Assembly (NCBI GenBank): GCA_000002435.2
Contig: CM018793.1
Reading direction: 5' to 3' (one strand)
From: Giardia intestinalis
Taxonomy: Eukaryota
Length of the DNA: 64,000 nt
Positions 1 through 11,700 of the stretch are shown here, piece after piece (within the stretch, counting starts at the first letter, position 1; every line of letters begins with the position of its first letter). The notes under the pieces were generated by a model. The model did no database searches. It was not told where the DNA came from and saw only the letters and a program-made list of their open reading frames with translations. Both the position numbers and the translations under genes were made by a program.

Positions 1-431
1 CTAAATATCACGGAAAAGAGAAATACAATGAATCTGTGAACTGTGGGAAGACTGCGAATAACACCTCGAATCCCGCAAGCAAGCGTCGCCTCGAACAAAT
101 TATAGATCATTGCAATCTCTTGTTCCTTAAGCCCGCAGCAGTCTGCGCCGACTTTTTGCCAGAGGGCAAAGGTCATCTTGTTCTGAAATTCGGTTGCACC
201 CGTCAGACAAAGGGCTGCGATGCTTGCAAAGTTATCTAATGAGAGCCGGGACTTACTGCTGATGTTGAACAGGGTGAGGAAGATGACCTCTTCACGAAGC
301 CGCATTCCAGGGAATTTTACCAGAGAGGCGAGTTGTTTGTTGCTTTTTCAAATTGCAATGGCTAAATATAAATGAACAAATACAATAGTAAAAGGCCAAA
401 TCATTTGCCGCTCAAATCTTTTTAATAAGAC

Positions 432-956
432 ATGTCCTTTTGGAACACGAGAAGCGACTTCCGGCTAAACCACAGCACCGCTCGACCTCTGCTGACACAT
501 GAAAAGGCCTTCTACCTAGACACGATTCATCCGGTAACACAAGATTACATTACGCCGACCAGGCTCTTCCCAGTTGTTAGGCATAAAGCCCGGACGACTG
601 CCGAAATGCGCCAAGAGATACTAGACGCTTGGGAGGAGGTGCGAGTGAAGAGCGCTGAAAAAGAACGAGAGCAGCGTTTGCTCGTTATGAAGGAAGAGGC
701 CAAGACCCGCAAGGATACTGCGCAGCGCAGGCGCGAGGAGGCCGAGCGGCAGAGACAAATTGCGCAACGCAATGCAAAGCAAATCAGGTGCGGACGCGTC
801 TTCTCTGAGATCTCAAGGGATCTTCGGGACTATACATTGGAGCAAATCTCTGCAGACCCAGAGCTCCAGGATCGCCTCCTTTCTATTCTACCAGGATTGC
901 TTGCCCAGAATGCGCAGCGTATCGCGTCCCTCAAAGAAATGCTTGGCGATAAGTAA
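432..956 (+). CDS. hypothetical basic/helical protein (174 aa)
   Basis: ATG at 432 preceded by AT-rich tract (ctttttaataagacATG); stop TAA embedded in AGTAAAC poly(A) motif (952-958); K/R/E-rich helical C-terminal half; no recognisable family. Confidence 0.45.
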   Translation: MSFWNTRSDFRLNHSTARPLLTHEKAFYLDTIHPVTQDYITPTRLFPVVRHKARTTAEMRQEILDAWEEVRVKSAEKEREQRLLVMKEEAKTRKDTAQRRREEAERQRQIAQRNAKQIRCGRVFSEISRDLRDYTLEQISADPELQDRLLSILPGLLAQNAQRIASLKEMLGDK

Positions 957-1023
957 ACGGTCTTTGGGCCTTACGCAAGGCCGTTGCTTTTAGATATTTA
1001 AAATTTCAGTTTCCTACATTCCC

Positions 1024-3537
1024 ATGGCGCGCAGGGAGGACGCCAACTTCAGAGTAGTCGTGCGGATACGGCCCCTCATAGACAGAGAAAAGAGCGCTGG
1101 AGATAGGATTATTGTCTCCGCGAATGATACTCAAGTAGTGATAAAAGAGCAAACAGGGAATCCTGCTATTGACGCATATGCACCTCAGCATCGCTTCACA
1201 TTTGACCGGGTTTTTGGTCCATCAACAACACAGGAAGAAATATTTGACAGCTACGTAAAGGATACCGTTGAACTAGTTCTCCAAGGCATCAACTCCACGA
1301 TCTTCACGTACGGCCAGACGTCGTCTGGAAAGACGTATACCATGGTCGGGGGTTCTAGTCCACAAACGCTTGGAATTGTTCCTAGAGCTGTTGTCAAAAT
1401 CTTTGATCTCATCGCCCTCCAAAGCGGAGACAAAACAGTTCCCTATTCTCGTGAGCTTGCTGAGGAGGAACACTTGCAGATCAATGCGCAGGATGGGGAC
1501 CTTTTAAGGGTTCGCAGAAAATATCTCCTCTGGGTCAGCTACATGCAGATATACAACGAATCTATCAATGATTTGCTAAGCCAGGACCCCACAAAGGACA
1601 TTAAAGTGCGTGAAAATTCAAAGAACGAAACCTTCTGTGACGGACTTACTGAACACATATGCAAAACCCCAGCTGATATCCTGCGGCTTGTCCAGCGTGG
1701 AAACTCGGTACGCTCAACAGAACTGACGCGTATGAACGAGCTCAGCTCACGCTCGCACGCAATACTTTCCATTGCTGTCGAGCAAGCAGTTCAGGTCAAG
1801 AATACGTCGGACAGGACCTCCGAGCCAACGGAAATCTTCAAGATGGCTAAGTTAAATTTGGTCGATTTGGCAGGCTCTGAGCGTGTTTCTCAGTCAAAGG
1901 TGGACGGGCAACGACTAGAAGAAGCCAAGCGAATTAACTCCAGCCTTACAGTCTTGGGCAATGTAATAAGCGCGCTAATAGCCCAATCACAGGGGAAGCG
2001 TAGCCATATTCCCTACAGGGACTCCAAGCTCACACGGGTCCTGCAGGACTCACTGGGCGGGAACTGCATATCCGTTCTGTGTACCAATATTAGCCCCGCC
2101 TCCAGTTGCTTCCAAGAGAGCCTTAATACGCTTAAATTTGCGGATCGGGCGAAGCAAATTAAAAACAAGGTCGGGGTTAATGAAACAGTTGATGATAACA
2201 CCCTTTTGAAAAGATATGAGACTGAGATAAGAACTTTGCGGAGCGAACTAGAAAGAAGACGGGTGTCAACATCTGGCGCATTCTCATTGGGCCAAGAGCA
2301 ACCAGCAAAACCCTTACAGTATTCCAAGCTTACTCCGACATTTTCCAATGCTGACGGCTTTAGTGATCCTGGTTATGGAATAATCTTGGCAACTCTCGAG
2401 CAGAGGACACGGGAGTCTCTTCAAGAAAAGAAGGAACGGCGCCTCCTTGAGGAGAAGATAGCAACGTTAGAGAGCCAGATAGGCTCCACTGGGCTAAAGG
2501 GTGCTCTTGAGCGCAACCTCTCCGCCTCAGAAGCGGATATTACAAAGACCAACAGTCTTCCGTGCAGCCCGCAGACAGCTCAGGCAAAGGCCAGAGATTA
2601 TACCCGTATGAAGCAGGAGTATGAGCGCCGGCTACATTTACTAGAAAAGGAGAGGAAGGCTGTCTCTGGAGGGTCACTAGCCCTCTACGAGAATGTGCTT
2701 ATGAAGCAGAAGGACCTGTTACTCGCTATTTCAGAGAGGCTATCTGATCGTGAAGAGGCAATTGAGACGTGCACAGAAGAGCTGACGCAGAGGCGCACTT
2801 ATGAGAGAGTGCTGAACTGTAAGGCCTCTATGCTAAAGGAGGCTCTTCGAATCCTTCAGGGAAAAGTACAAAAGATGCTTCCTGAAGCAGGACTACCAAC
2901 CTTTGTTTACGATGATGAGACCCTCAATGCAGGTGCTCTGGCTAAGATAAGTGGTGAGACAGGAGAAGAAGTGAGCTTTGATGAGCTCTCAGGTTCTGCT
3001 AGTAGTGATAGATTCTCGCGGTCCAAGAGCATTGGTAAGCTGGCAGTATTAATGGAAGCAAACCTCCAGGCTTTGAGGGAGGCTGATAGTAATCTAAGAA
3101 AGAACGACTCCGGGGCATATACTGATTTATTAGAAAAACAGTGTGATAGGATAGAGGAAAGTGTTGAAAAGTTGACCGAAGAGCTTGCTAGTCGAAGAGC
3201 TGAACTGACACGTCTCCAGAAGCTGATGACCCCCGATGGACAGGTAGAGCTAGTGAAGTTTAAAGCAACCGGTGACTACCCTGCCTTGCTGACTCATCTT
3301 TCTACTAACGCAGAGCTTCTTCCTCTACGCAACAAGATCACCGCTTATTCCAAGGAATCTACTGCTCTCCAGACAGTCATAGATAAAAAGATAGCCCCTT
3401 TGGTAACTGCTATGAAGCAGTATGCAGCACAAGAGAATCAGCAGAACCTTTGTGCATGTTACCAAAAGCTAACGACTCTGATTGATGCAACCGTCTCCGC
3501 CCTAAATGTGACTGCCGGGGACTATTCTGCAGAATAG
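1024..3537 (+). CDS. kinesin-like motor protein (N-terminal motor, coiled-coil tail)
   Basis: N-terminal kinesin motor signatures: P-loop GQTSSGKTYTM, switch I NELSSRSH, switch II LVDLAGSE, followed by heptad-rich tail; 837 aa. Confidence 0.9.
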   Translation: MARREDANFRVVVRIRPLIDREKSAGDRIIVSANDTQVVIKEQTGNPAIDAYAPQHRFTFDRVFGPSTTQEEIFDSYVKDTVELVLQGINSTIFTYGQTSSGKTYTMVGGSSPQTLGIVPRAVVKIFDLIALQSGDKTVPYSRELAEEEHLQINAQDGDLLRVRRKYLLWVSYMQIYNESINDLLSQDPTKDIKVRENSKNETFCDGLTEHICKTPADILRLVQRGNSVRSTELTRMNELSSRSHAILSIAVEQAVQVKNTSDRTSEPTEIFKMAKLNLVDLAGSERVSQSKVDGQRLEEAKRINSSLTVLGNVISALIAQSQGKRSHIPYRDSKLTRVLQDSLGGNCISVLCTNISPASSCFQESLNTLKFADRAKQIKNKVGVNETVDDNTLLKRYETEIRTLRSELERRRVSTSGAFSLGQEQPAKPLQYSKLTPTFSNADGFSDPGYGIILATLEQRTRESLQEKKERRLLEEKIATLESQIGSTGLKGALERNLSASEADITKTNSLPCSPQTAQAKARDYTRMKQEYERRLHLLEKERKAVSGGSLALYENVLMKQKDLLLAISERLSDREEAIETCTEELTQRRTYERVLNCKASMLKEALRILQGKVQKMLPEAGLPTFVYDDETLNAGALAKISGETGEEVSFDELSGSASSDRFSRSKSIGKLAVLMEANLQALREADSNLRKNDSGAYTDLLEKQCDRIEESVEKLTEELASRRAELTRLQKLMTPDGQVELVKFKATGDYPALLTHLSTNAELLPLRNKITAYSKESTALQTVIDKKIAPLVTAMKQYAAQENQQNLCACYQKLTTLIDATVSALNVTAGDYSAE

Positions 3538-3712
3538 CTGCTACACTCCTACACACAAACAAGGATCCCATTAATGAACCAAAGATAGTTCACTTGGAGT
3601 ATAGCTGAACTGACAGGCCCTTGGTTGCCCTTTATAACGTACCAAGAGGGGAATGTTAGAGGAGGAGTCCACAGAATAGGATAAAAAGTAGGCGGAGCAG
3701 TGTGGAGAAGGC

Positions 3713-5218
3713 TCAAATGAAATAAGACATCTCTCCTTCGCGTTTCCCACTGACAATGTTTATAGCTTCTACAAAGTCTTCATGCACAACGGCTTCTCCG
3801 TGGCGGCGAAGACATACTAGTCCAGCCTCCATACAGACGGCCTTGAGCATAGCTCCACTATATTCATTAGTGGACTTGGCTATTTCCTGCAAACCAACAG
3901 CACCTGGCCTGTCACATGTTTCGGGGTCATCACTTCTTCCTATGAGCTTAATTTTCTTGCTATGAATGCACAGGATATCATATCTTCCTTTCTCGTTGGG
4001 GTAGGTAAACTCTATCTTTCTATCGAACCTACCTGACCTGGTTAATGCAGGGTCAAGGATGTCCACCCTGTTTGTGCTGGCAAGAACCTTGATGCGCTCG
4101 TCACAATCAAACCCATCCAGACAGTTTAACAGGGTGAGCATGGTCCTGGTTGAGTCTCGATCGTAGCCACCTGTGTCGGAGCGACGCCCTCCAATAGCAT
4201 CTATCTCGTCAATGTAGATTATGCAACCAGCATCCATGTTCCCCTTGAGCGTGCGCTCCTTTTCAATGAGCGACTTAGCAAGATTGAATGTTTCAATAAC
4301 CATTGCAGAGCCATCCCCGATATACAACTGAACCAGCTGGGTGGCCGTCAATTGTAGGAAGGAGCAGTTTGCTTCGTGTGCTAGTGCACGGGCAAGAGCT
4401 GTCTTTCCAGTCCCTGGGACACCGTACAGAAGTACGCCTTTAGAGGGCTTGATGCCAATTTTCTTAAGAAGATCAGGACGCTGCAGTGGCAGCAAGAAGC
4501 TCTCTTTGATCTGAGATATTTGTTGATCAATACCACCAAGGTCTTCAAATTTGTCCATAGGACGTTCAGTGACCTCCATAGTCTTAACACGAGCATCAAC
4601 CGCTGACGGAAGCTTTTCATAAATAAAATATGTATCTTTGTTGACTGCCACCAGGTCTGTAGGGCGTAGCATCTTGCGTGGAACTGCCCCTGTTGAGGCT
4701 AAGAAGACATAGGTTTTGGAAGATGTTTTAATAATTACTCCCTCTGTTACTGTCGAGCTAGGCTTTGATCGAAGTGCCTGAGTAACCTCTCCATCAAGGC
4801 CCAGCGTGGCACGATCACTGTCTGCAAACTCCTCTTCTTTGAGCATGGCTTCCAAGGAGGAATCTGTGTTCTTTGCTGTACTTTCAGAGTCTCGATCTAT
4901 GAGACTTTTCAGCTGCCGCTCGTAGGTCTTCTTTGTGGTGGCAGTTACTTCATAGTTCAGATTCAAGTGATCCTCTGAGATCTCCACAAACTCTGAGACT
5001 GTTGCTACAAGGAGTGGCAAACGCTTTGAGTTCTCTAGGTCCCTTCTATTCTTTTCTAAAAGGCCCGTGGCCTCCCGGATAATGCTCTGGTAACGTTCAT
5101 GTTCACGTCTCAAAAACATGGCCTCGGACTTGATCGCTTCTATGCGCTGCGACAGCATAGCATCATCGAAGCTCTGTATCTCGGGATCGATGGGAATTTC
5201 GGGGAAGTCTTGAGACAT
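3713..5218 (-). CDS. 26S proteasome regulatory subunit, AAA ATPase of the Rpt family
   Basis: N-terminal coiled coil, OB-like segment LRPTDLVAVNKDTYFIYEKLP, ..DLGGIDQQISQIKE.., Walker A GVPGTGKT, Walker B IIYIDEIDAIG, Rpt-like YIGDG motif; ATG at 5216-5218 (minus) behind an A/T tract. Confidence 0.8.
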   Translation of the reverse strand: MSQDFPEIPIDPEIQSFDDAMLSQRIEAIKSEAMFLRREHERYQSIIREATGLLEKNRRDLENSKRLPLLVATVSEFVEISEDHLNLNYEVTATTKKTYERQLKSLIDRDSESTAKNTDSSLEAMLKEEEFADSDRATLGLDGEVTQALRSKPSSTVTEGVIIKTSSKTYVFLASTGAVPRKMLRPTDLVAVNKDTYFIYEKLPSAVDARVKTMEVTERPMDKFEDLGGIDQQISQIKESFLLPLQRPDLLKKIGIKPSKGVLLYGVPGTGKTALARALAHEANCSFLQLTATQLVQLYIGDGSAMVIETFNLAKSLIEKERTLKGNMDAGCIIYIDEIDAIGGRRSDTGGYDRDSTRTMLTLLNCLDGFDCDERIKVLASTNRVDILDPALTRSGRFDRKIEFTYPNEKGRYDILCIHSKKIKLIGRSDDPETCDRPGAVGLQEIAKSTNEYSGAMLKAVCMEAGLVCLRRHGEAVVHEDFVEAINIVSGKREGEMSYFI

Positions 5219-5259
5219 CCACTCCGGCCCTCTATTTTTATTTTGAAAGAGTCATCGGC

Positions 5260-5694
5260 TCACGCTACTCCTTTCATCCACATGTAATTTACTAGAATAT
5301 CAGGTTCTCTGCTAAGCGTGGTGACTGCCTGTTCTCGTGCGAGGACCTCAAGAAGAAGATTACGCAGGCGAGTGTACTGGTTTTTCAGTCGTCTGTAGCG
5401 GTCTTCTAGATCAAACGTAGACCTCTTCAGAGGAACAGATGCCGATCTCCCCACCCCCGTATGGTGCACGAGTCTTTGGTGTGCAGTGTAAGGCCGTTCT
5501 CTGAAGGAGGTGGAGCATATCAGACGCAAATTGTTCTCTGCGTCACATCTCCGGGCCTGATCAACATAGGTATCAAGCACAGGTCCAACTACTTGACTAA
5601 CAAGTGCATAAAGTGCACTGGAAGATGTGTGCACAGGAAAAGACAAGGAAGGAAGAAGCCCACAGTCAGACGCATCTCCCTCTGCTCCAATCAT
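5260..5694 (-). CDS. hypothetical small protein (144 aa) with C-terminal coiled coil
   Basis: ATG (minus, 5692-5694) preceded by the canonical Giardia-type initiator TTAAAAAATG; GC3-rich ORF; no homology recognised. Confidence 0.4.
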   Translation of the reverse strand: MIGAEGDASDCGLLPSLSFPVHTSSSALYALVSQVVGPVLDTYVDQARRCDAENNLRLICSTSFRERPYTAHQRLVHHTGVGRSASVPLKRSTFDLEDRYRRLKNQYTRLRNLLLEVLAREQAVTTLSREPDILVNYMWMKGVA

Positions 5695-5746
5695 TTTTTA
5701 ATTAGCCCCCTGGTATATAAACTTCCACGTTAGCCCGCCTCGTTTG

Positions 5747-8700
5747 ATGAAGCCGCGGAGTAGTAGATCAGATGTACATCCGAAGAAAGATCTGGTTTAC
5801 CCTAACCCCTTTTGGCCTCCAACGGGGGCCTGTTGTCTACAATCGCCCTTTTCTCTGGATTACCAGGACGCCATGCTTCTGTTGTTTAGGGCCTTGGAGA
5901 GAGCTGTTAATCTCCCCATACTCCGCATGGACGATATGGCGGCCTGCTATACAGTGGCTTTTCAACGTCTTTCACTTTTAAGCTTAGACCATGACAAACT
6001 CAATATCTCATTTACGGACCCCGATAGTGATGCAGATCTACGTATGAAGAAGTCGGCTTCTGATGCCATCTCTTCTGAGGGACCGATAAGCTTTTCCAAC
6101 GCCATTCCTCTCAGACGTTCCACATTACAGGTACTCACAAGTAACCCCTTGGATCTTCTTAACTTGGCCACACAGTTTTATGACTTTCTAAAGTTTCAAA
6201 CAAGACTCCACAGTGAAATTTTGGCACTAATCTATTGTATTCATCGCATCCAAACATGGTCAAACTCTAGCTCAGCACAGGAATCTAATGCATCGTTTCG
6301 CAAACGATCGCATGAGTATTTTAGCTCTTATCTTTCTACATCTTTACAAAACATCAACACTATGATACGGGATTGTCCGCTATTGGTTGATGCCTATCTG
6401 TCCAAAATGGTGTGCATTTCTCTATTACGGTGCTTAGAGCCACAGATTGATACGGGACATAAGGATATGCTAAAGGAATTATTGGGTGTGGCTAACTCAG
6501 GTATTGAAAACGGTAGTGTGCTGCTTGCCCTGTACGATCAGGTGGAATACTACTCTACCAATGAATTCACTGGAGTATACAGTGAGTCTTACCTAATGCA
6601 TCTTACCAATACAATGAAGTCCCTTACACACGGGCTTCTGCTTGGCTGGCACACACTGCGAGCATACAGAGTCAATCTCCTAAGGCAATTGGGAAGGTTT
6701 GATGATGCTTGTACCGAGGCCCGAGAACTCATTAAGCTAACCATTACGACCATGCAAGGCGAGAAGCACCTTTCTGCTTCTCTTTGTACTTGTGTGTCAG
6801 ATACTCTCACTCTTGAACCCTTAGATCCTATCATGTTTGTTGCCCAGCAAACTAATTTTGTCCCCGTGCATTCAAAAGGGTACAATGGATTTGTTCAGCT
6901 CCCACCTCCCTTTCAGTTAGAGTTGGATAATTCCTTATCTTCATTCAGTAGTCAAAATGCTATGGGCAATACAACGACAATCAAGTTTCCCTCACTAAGA
7001 GATATCTACATGTCCTCGCCAATTGGCACTAGTCTGCCACCTGAGCCAGAAAGCTCCAACTCTAATGACCCCGTCAACACCTCAATCAACGTACCCATAA
7101 ACGTAGACCAGTCCGCTTCTTTTACTGATAAGATGAGTAGTCGGCAGAAGACAAACGCCCAGGCTGCAAACACTAAGGCTAAAGATTTAAGCCACAAGGG
7201 CAGATCCCTGTCAGATACTAGTAATATGGGATGCCCAATCCATAGCGCAAGCTCTAAGCATCTAGACTATCGCTTGACTTACTTATTGGCAGTTTTGGAA
7301 GCAGGCTATGATGACGAAGCCTTCGAATACCTCATGTCTGGGGTTTTCCGCAGCAGGCTTTTCTCAAGGCTTAAGGCCAATTTGGATTACGGCACCATTT
7401 ATACCACTCCCAAGAAGTCCGATTATATTAGGTTTGAAGTTCAGAACGACGAAAAGTATCACTACCATACTACTGCCACCTCTGTCAATCCTTCGCCCGT
7501 GCACTACCCAACTTATTATAGGCATTACTCAGAGGGTCTGAATCACAAGTGTGTTGACGACTATTTTGCCAATGGCCCGCAACCTGTATGTAAGGACTGC
7601 ACGAAGAGGACATCTCATGGAGCGCGTCCGCATTTCGTTGTTAGGAATGATGGTGCCTACAATCAGTATACTATGCATAGCTTCCTAGCACGACACAACA
7701 AACTCTTGACCAATATACTGTATCAACGCGCCTACAAGCACATCAACCACATGTTTACAAGCAAGCACGGTACCATTCATAATAGGAAGCCACTCAGCAA
7801 ACTCTCACTTGGTCGCCTGAAGCCGTCGACAAACTTCGTTCACAATCTGAGGATGTCATTCGATCCCAAACTTCTTACTATTATCAATTGTTACTTTTCG
7901 AGTCAGATACGTGGACCTCTGTCTCGCATTCTCTTCTACGGGCCATACTACCAGTTTAGATGCACAAGCGATAAGCCCTATACATCCTTTGAAGACATCC
8001 AGGACGTGATTGATATAATATCATCTTCTAGTCACCACGCTGAACAGCTGCAAGCTCAAGCAATATGGTTTAATTACCATGCGCACAACAACCAAGTAGG
8101 CACCACCACACCTGTGTCTTACTCTATCATTGATTCCCCAGCAAGCATATTCCTATGCACATCAGAGACTAAGGCGACCAACTCACTATTGCGCACAACT
8201 CCACTGACCACTACGGTAACAACCTATACACTATTATTCTTACTTCTGAAGAGGAGGGCAACATGGGCTAATAAGCTTGCGCAGTCGATCTTTGCCGAAA
8301 GGATGCTCGGTTGCAATTGTGCGCGGTCCTCTATGCTTTTCAAGAGGTCCATGAATGTGATGGACCTAGCTATGGCATGGCCAAAGAAGTGTCTGCATCT
8401 TAAGATTATGCCTTCCATGTTGCTCACGGATTTGGGAGTACGGCCTGCAATACCGTCTACCAAGCTGCTACAACTGGCTTTCTCAACAAATCCGTACGTC
8501 GTTGAGTATCTGTTAGCAAAGGCGGTCTTGCCAAGCAAGGTGGCGTTATATGGCCTGACCCTTCTATTCGATGCCAGCGCCTGTGAAGACCCAGATTGCC
8601 TTCTGGTTGCCCAGTATCCCAACGAGGACCTTCAGCTTAGTACATACAGACATGCCGTGCGTGCGTGGCAGGATCGCTACTGCAGGTCATCAGAGGAGAA

Positions 8701-11700
8701 GCAAGGCACATATACTATCGACCCAAAAGCTGCCTCGTGCACAGAAGCCAGGGACAAGGACATGAGGAAAACTGCCTCGCGACTGCGCCTATCAGAACGT
8801 CGTAGGGCTCTTTTCCAGCTAGTGCAGGATCAGCGTAAGCTGGAGGCAGCAATCTACGCTTCAGAATTTGGTGGTTTATGGGGATCAAACGCTCTCTATT
8901 TGCAAATATATGCACTTGCAGAGAAGCTAGCGACGGAAGACGGTATAATGGCCGGTATTCCTTTCTCGTTTTATATTCGCTCTTTGCGGATAATCACTTT
9001 GGGGGCTTGTGATGAGTGTGGGAACAGCTTCCTCAATGGAAAGGGAGTGCAGCTATCCTCGCATGGATATCTGCATATAGCCTCATTAGACTTCTTGCTA
9101 CAGGCATATGTGCAGTATTTGCAATTCGAAGCGGCCAGCACTCTGAGATCTTTAGCAATTCATACGTCTATTACAGCAAAGTCATATCCCGCAGACATTA
9201 TAGATACCACGGATGCCTTGGACACTAAGGATATTAAGGACACAAGCACATCGCTACGAGAAGCATTCTTCAAGAGATGGAGGCTAATATGGAGGGCGAC
9301 GCTACTGCAATTCAAGGGATACCCGCCATACCTATCTCTTCGCTCAGCCCAAGCCATGAAGGAGCTATTTTATAACATGATATTCACTCACAGAAACGTA
9401 TCTACTCCCGATAAGCCTGGCATGCTCAGTTACGTTAACCCTCTGTTGTGTCTTCTAAACACAAATTCACAGTTCCTAGACATCATGACACTTGCATCTA
9501 CAGCCGCGAATGACAAGAATGGCTTACTGTCGCTTCTCCAGAGCTATCTGGTGGCATTCATGTCTGGCAATCAGAAGGAGCTATTTTCTGTCTCAGCTAT
9601 AGAATCTCAGCCAACAAATGTCTATTTCGATATGCCTATCTTTGTCGTATTCTTTTCGTTGACAATTATTTCCATTTTAGAGTTCAAGCCCTCTTTCGCA
9701 CCTGGCAGCCTTCTGTCGGAGTTCACCAGACTTACTACTTTCTCGCCTATTACCGACGCAACCACATCTGCAGGACTACTATTTTATTCTGCAAATGACT
9801 TAAGCCACCACTATATTAGTCCAATGAGCAAGACAAAGAAGCATATATCTTTAACACTATTGAATTGCATGGCTCTCGGTATGCTGTCCAGGAAGGAGGA
9901 CGCCTCTAACGCCCAGATAATAGGCAACAACGCCACGTCATCGAGCGCAGCAACATTCATAGCAAATCGTGATGCATACAAAGCGCTGCAAGGCTCGACT
10001 TGTGATACCCTTGACAAGTGGCTGTCTACTAAAGTCTTAGCCACAAGCAAAATATCATCTCTATCGTTTCAATCAGGATCTAATACCCAGCATGATGTGC
10101 GAGGAAAACGCAAACCTGCGCGTTATATGAAATCATTAAGCTACCAGCACAAGCGATCACCACCGCCGTCGCGTGCACTCGAGCCACATCATTCGCAGAA
10201 TATTGACGATATATTGCTGTCTTCGTTCTATATTGATGATGAGAATAGGCTTTATAGGAGCTTTCTTCGTAACCCCGGTCTTTCCTTGCGTCTTTCTAGG
10301 CTTCAGCGAACTCAGTACTTTGGACTGGCAACATTAAATACTATACTGGAGATGGAGGACATCATTGAGCGCATGTTTGTTACAGTTAACTATAGCGTCT
10401 CAGATCTTATTCTCATATACTTCATGGCACACTCTTTCGATCATACAAGTAGAAAGGCTAATCTGTCCTATATTTACGACTCGGACGCGGTTCTAAACTA
10501 CCGATGCCCAATATCTTCTTTTGGAACGGCCAACATGCCACCTATCTACTATCTTGTGGAGACGGGACAAGATGAAGTCTTTATGCTGCTTATGGAACGA
10601 GTGATATCAGCACTTTCTTATAGAAACCACCTTTCTACCTTAGAGGAGAACTCCACCTCTACCGCCAGCGATTGTCCTGTCCTTCCCGAAGAGTTTTGTG
10701 GATATTCCTTTTCACTGGCCGAAGATATGGTCCTGAAAGTAGACCATGAAGATAGTGACGTGGTGTTAGAGGCTGATTCTAATTCACCACTTCTAACGTA
10801 CTTGGCGGCACGACGAAAGGCCAGACTAGGACCATCCTCTGATCTAGATTTGGATGCGTTTGTTACCCCTAGTACAATCTCCTTCGGTGGAACTCACAAG
10901 ATAGCAATCTATGAGGCTCAAGCAAAGATCTTGAATATCCCCTTATCTAGAGCCGAGATTGATGCCCTCTATACCGCCAAAACGTTATCTAAACAAGAAA
11001 TTGAAACCTGCCTGAACCCCCTGTGGGCAAACATAGTTGGATCCACCAAGCTACTGCGCAGTAGTATTGATAGCTTGGTCCACTGCTGCTACAAAGGAGA
11101 GACGCTGCTTCATGCTGCATCTAAGAGGGATCACCTACATATTATTGAGCTAATTCTATTAATTTTTCCAGTAGATTGTTATGATCTATTACGCTCTTTT
11201 TATGCAGCTCTTCTGAATCACTCGTCGGGCGCTCTTCGTCTCTTTCTTCCCAGTCCACTTCATCCATCTCTTGAAGGTGTTAGAGATATAGCAGCAGATA
11301 TAAAAGAGGGCATTTCCACAATCACCACAGAGACTCCGGAGTGCAAGTACTTACTGAAGCACTCCATAGCCGCTGCCTCTGCTCTCTCTGATATGTCTAA
11401 TATTCTACTGAACTCGTTTTCGTACGATGTCAATCCGCTCTTGAAACTTGGCTCAGGCGAGTCTCCTTTCTCGCCTTTAGCCAACCATGAACAGCTAGCC
11501 GATAAGCTTCAAGAGTTCCAGCAGCTCGTCTCATCCAGTCAGTATTACTCCTTTCTTGCATGGGCACACCTTGTTAGGACATTGCGGCCATTCTGCTCTG
11601 GCACTACAGGCGGTGTCTCCTGCTTACACTGTCATCATGCTAAGTCGAGCCCCTGCAAGAAGAGCAATCTCCTTAAATATCTGTCGTTCGCGAAGACTCA

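Noticed and set aside
36-239. 67-aa ORF at the window start
   Set aside because: Begins at GTG and has no in-frame ATG, with no AT-rich initiator; more likely 3' flank or UTR of a neighbouring gene.
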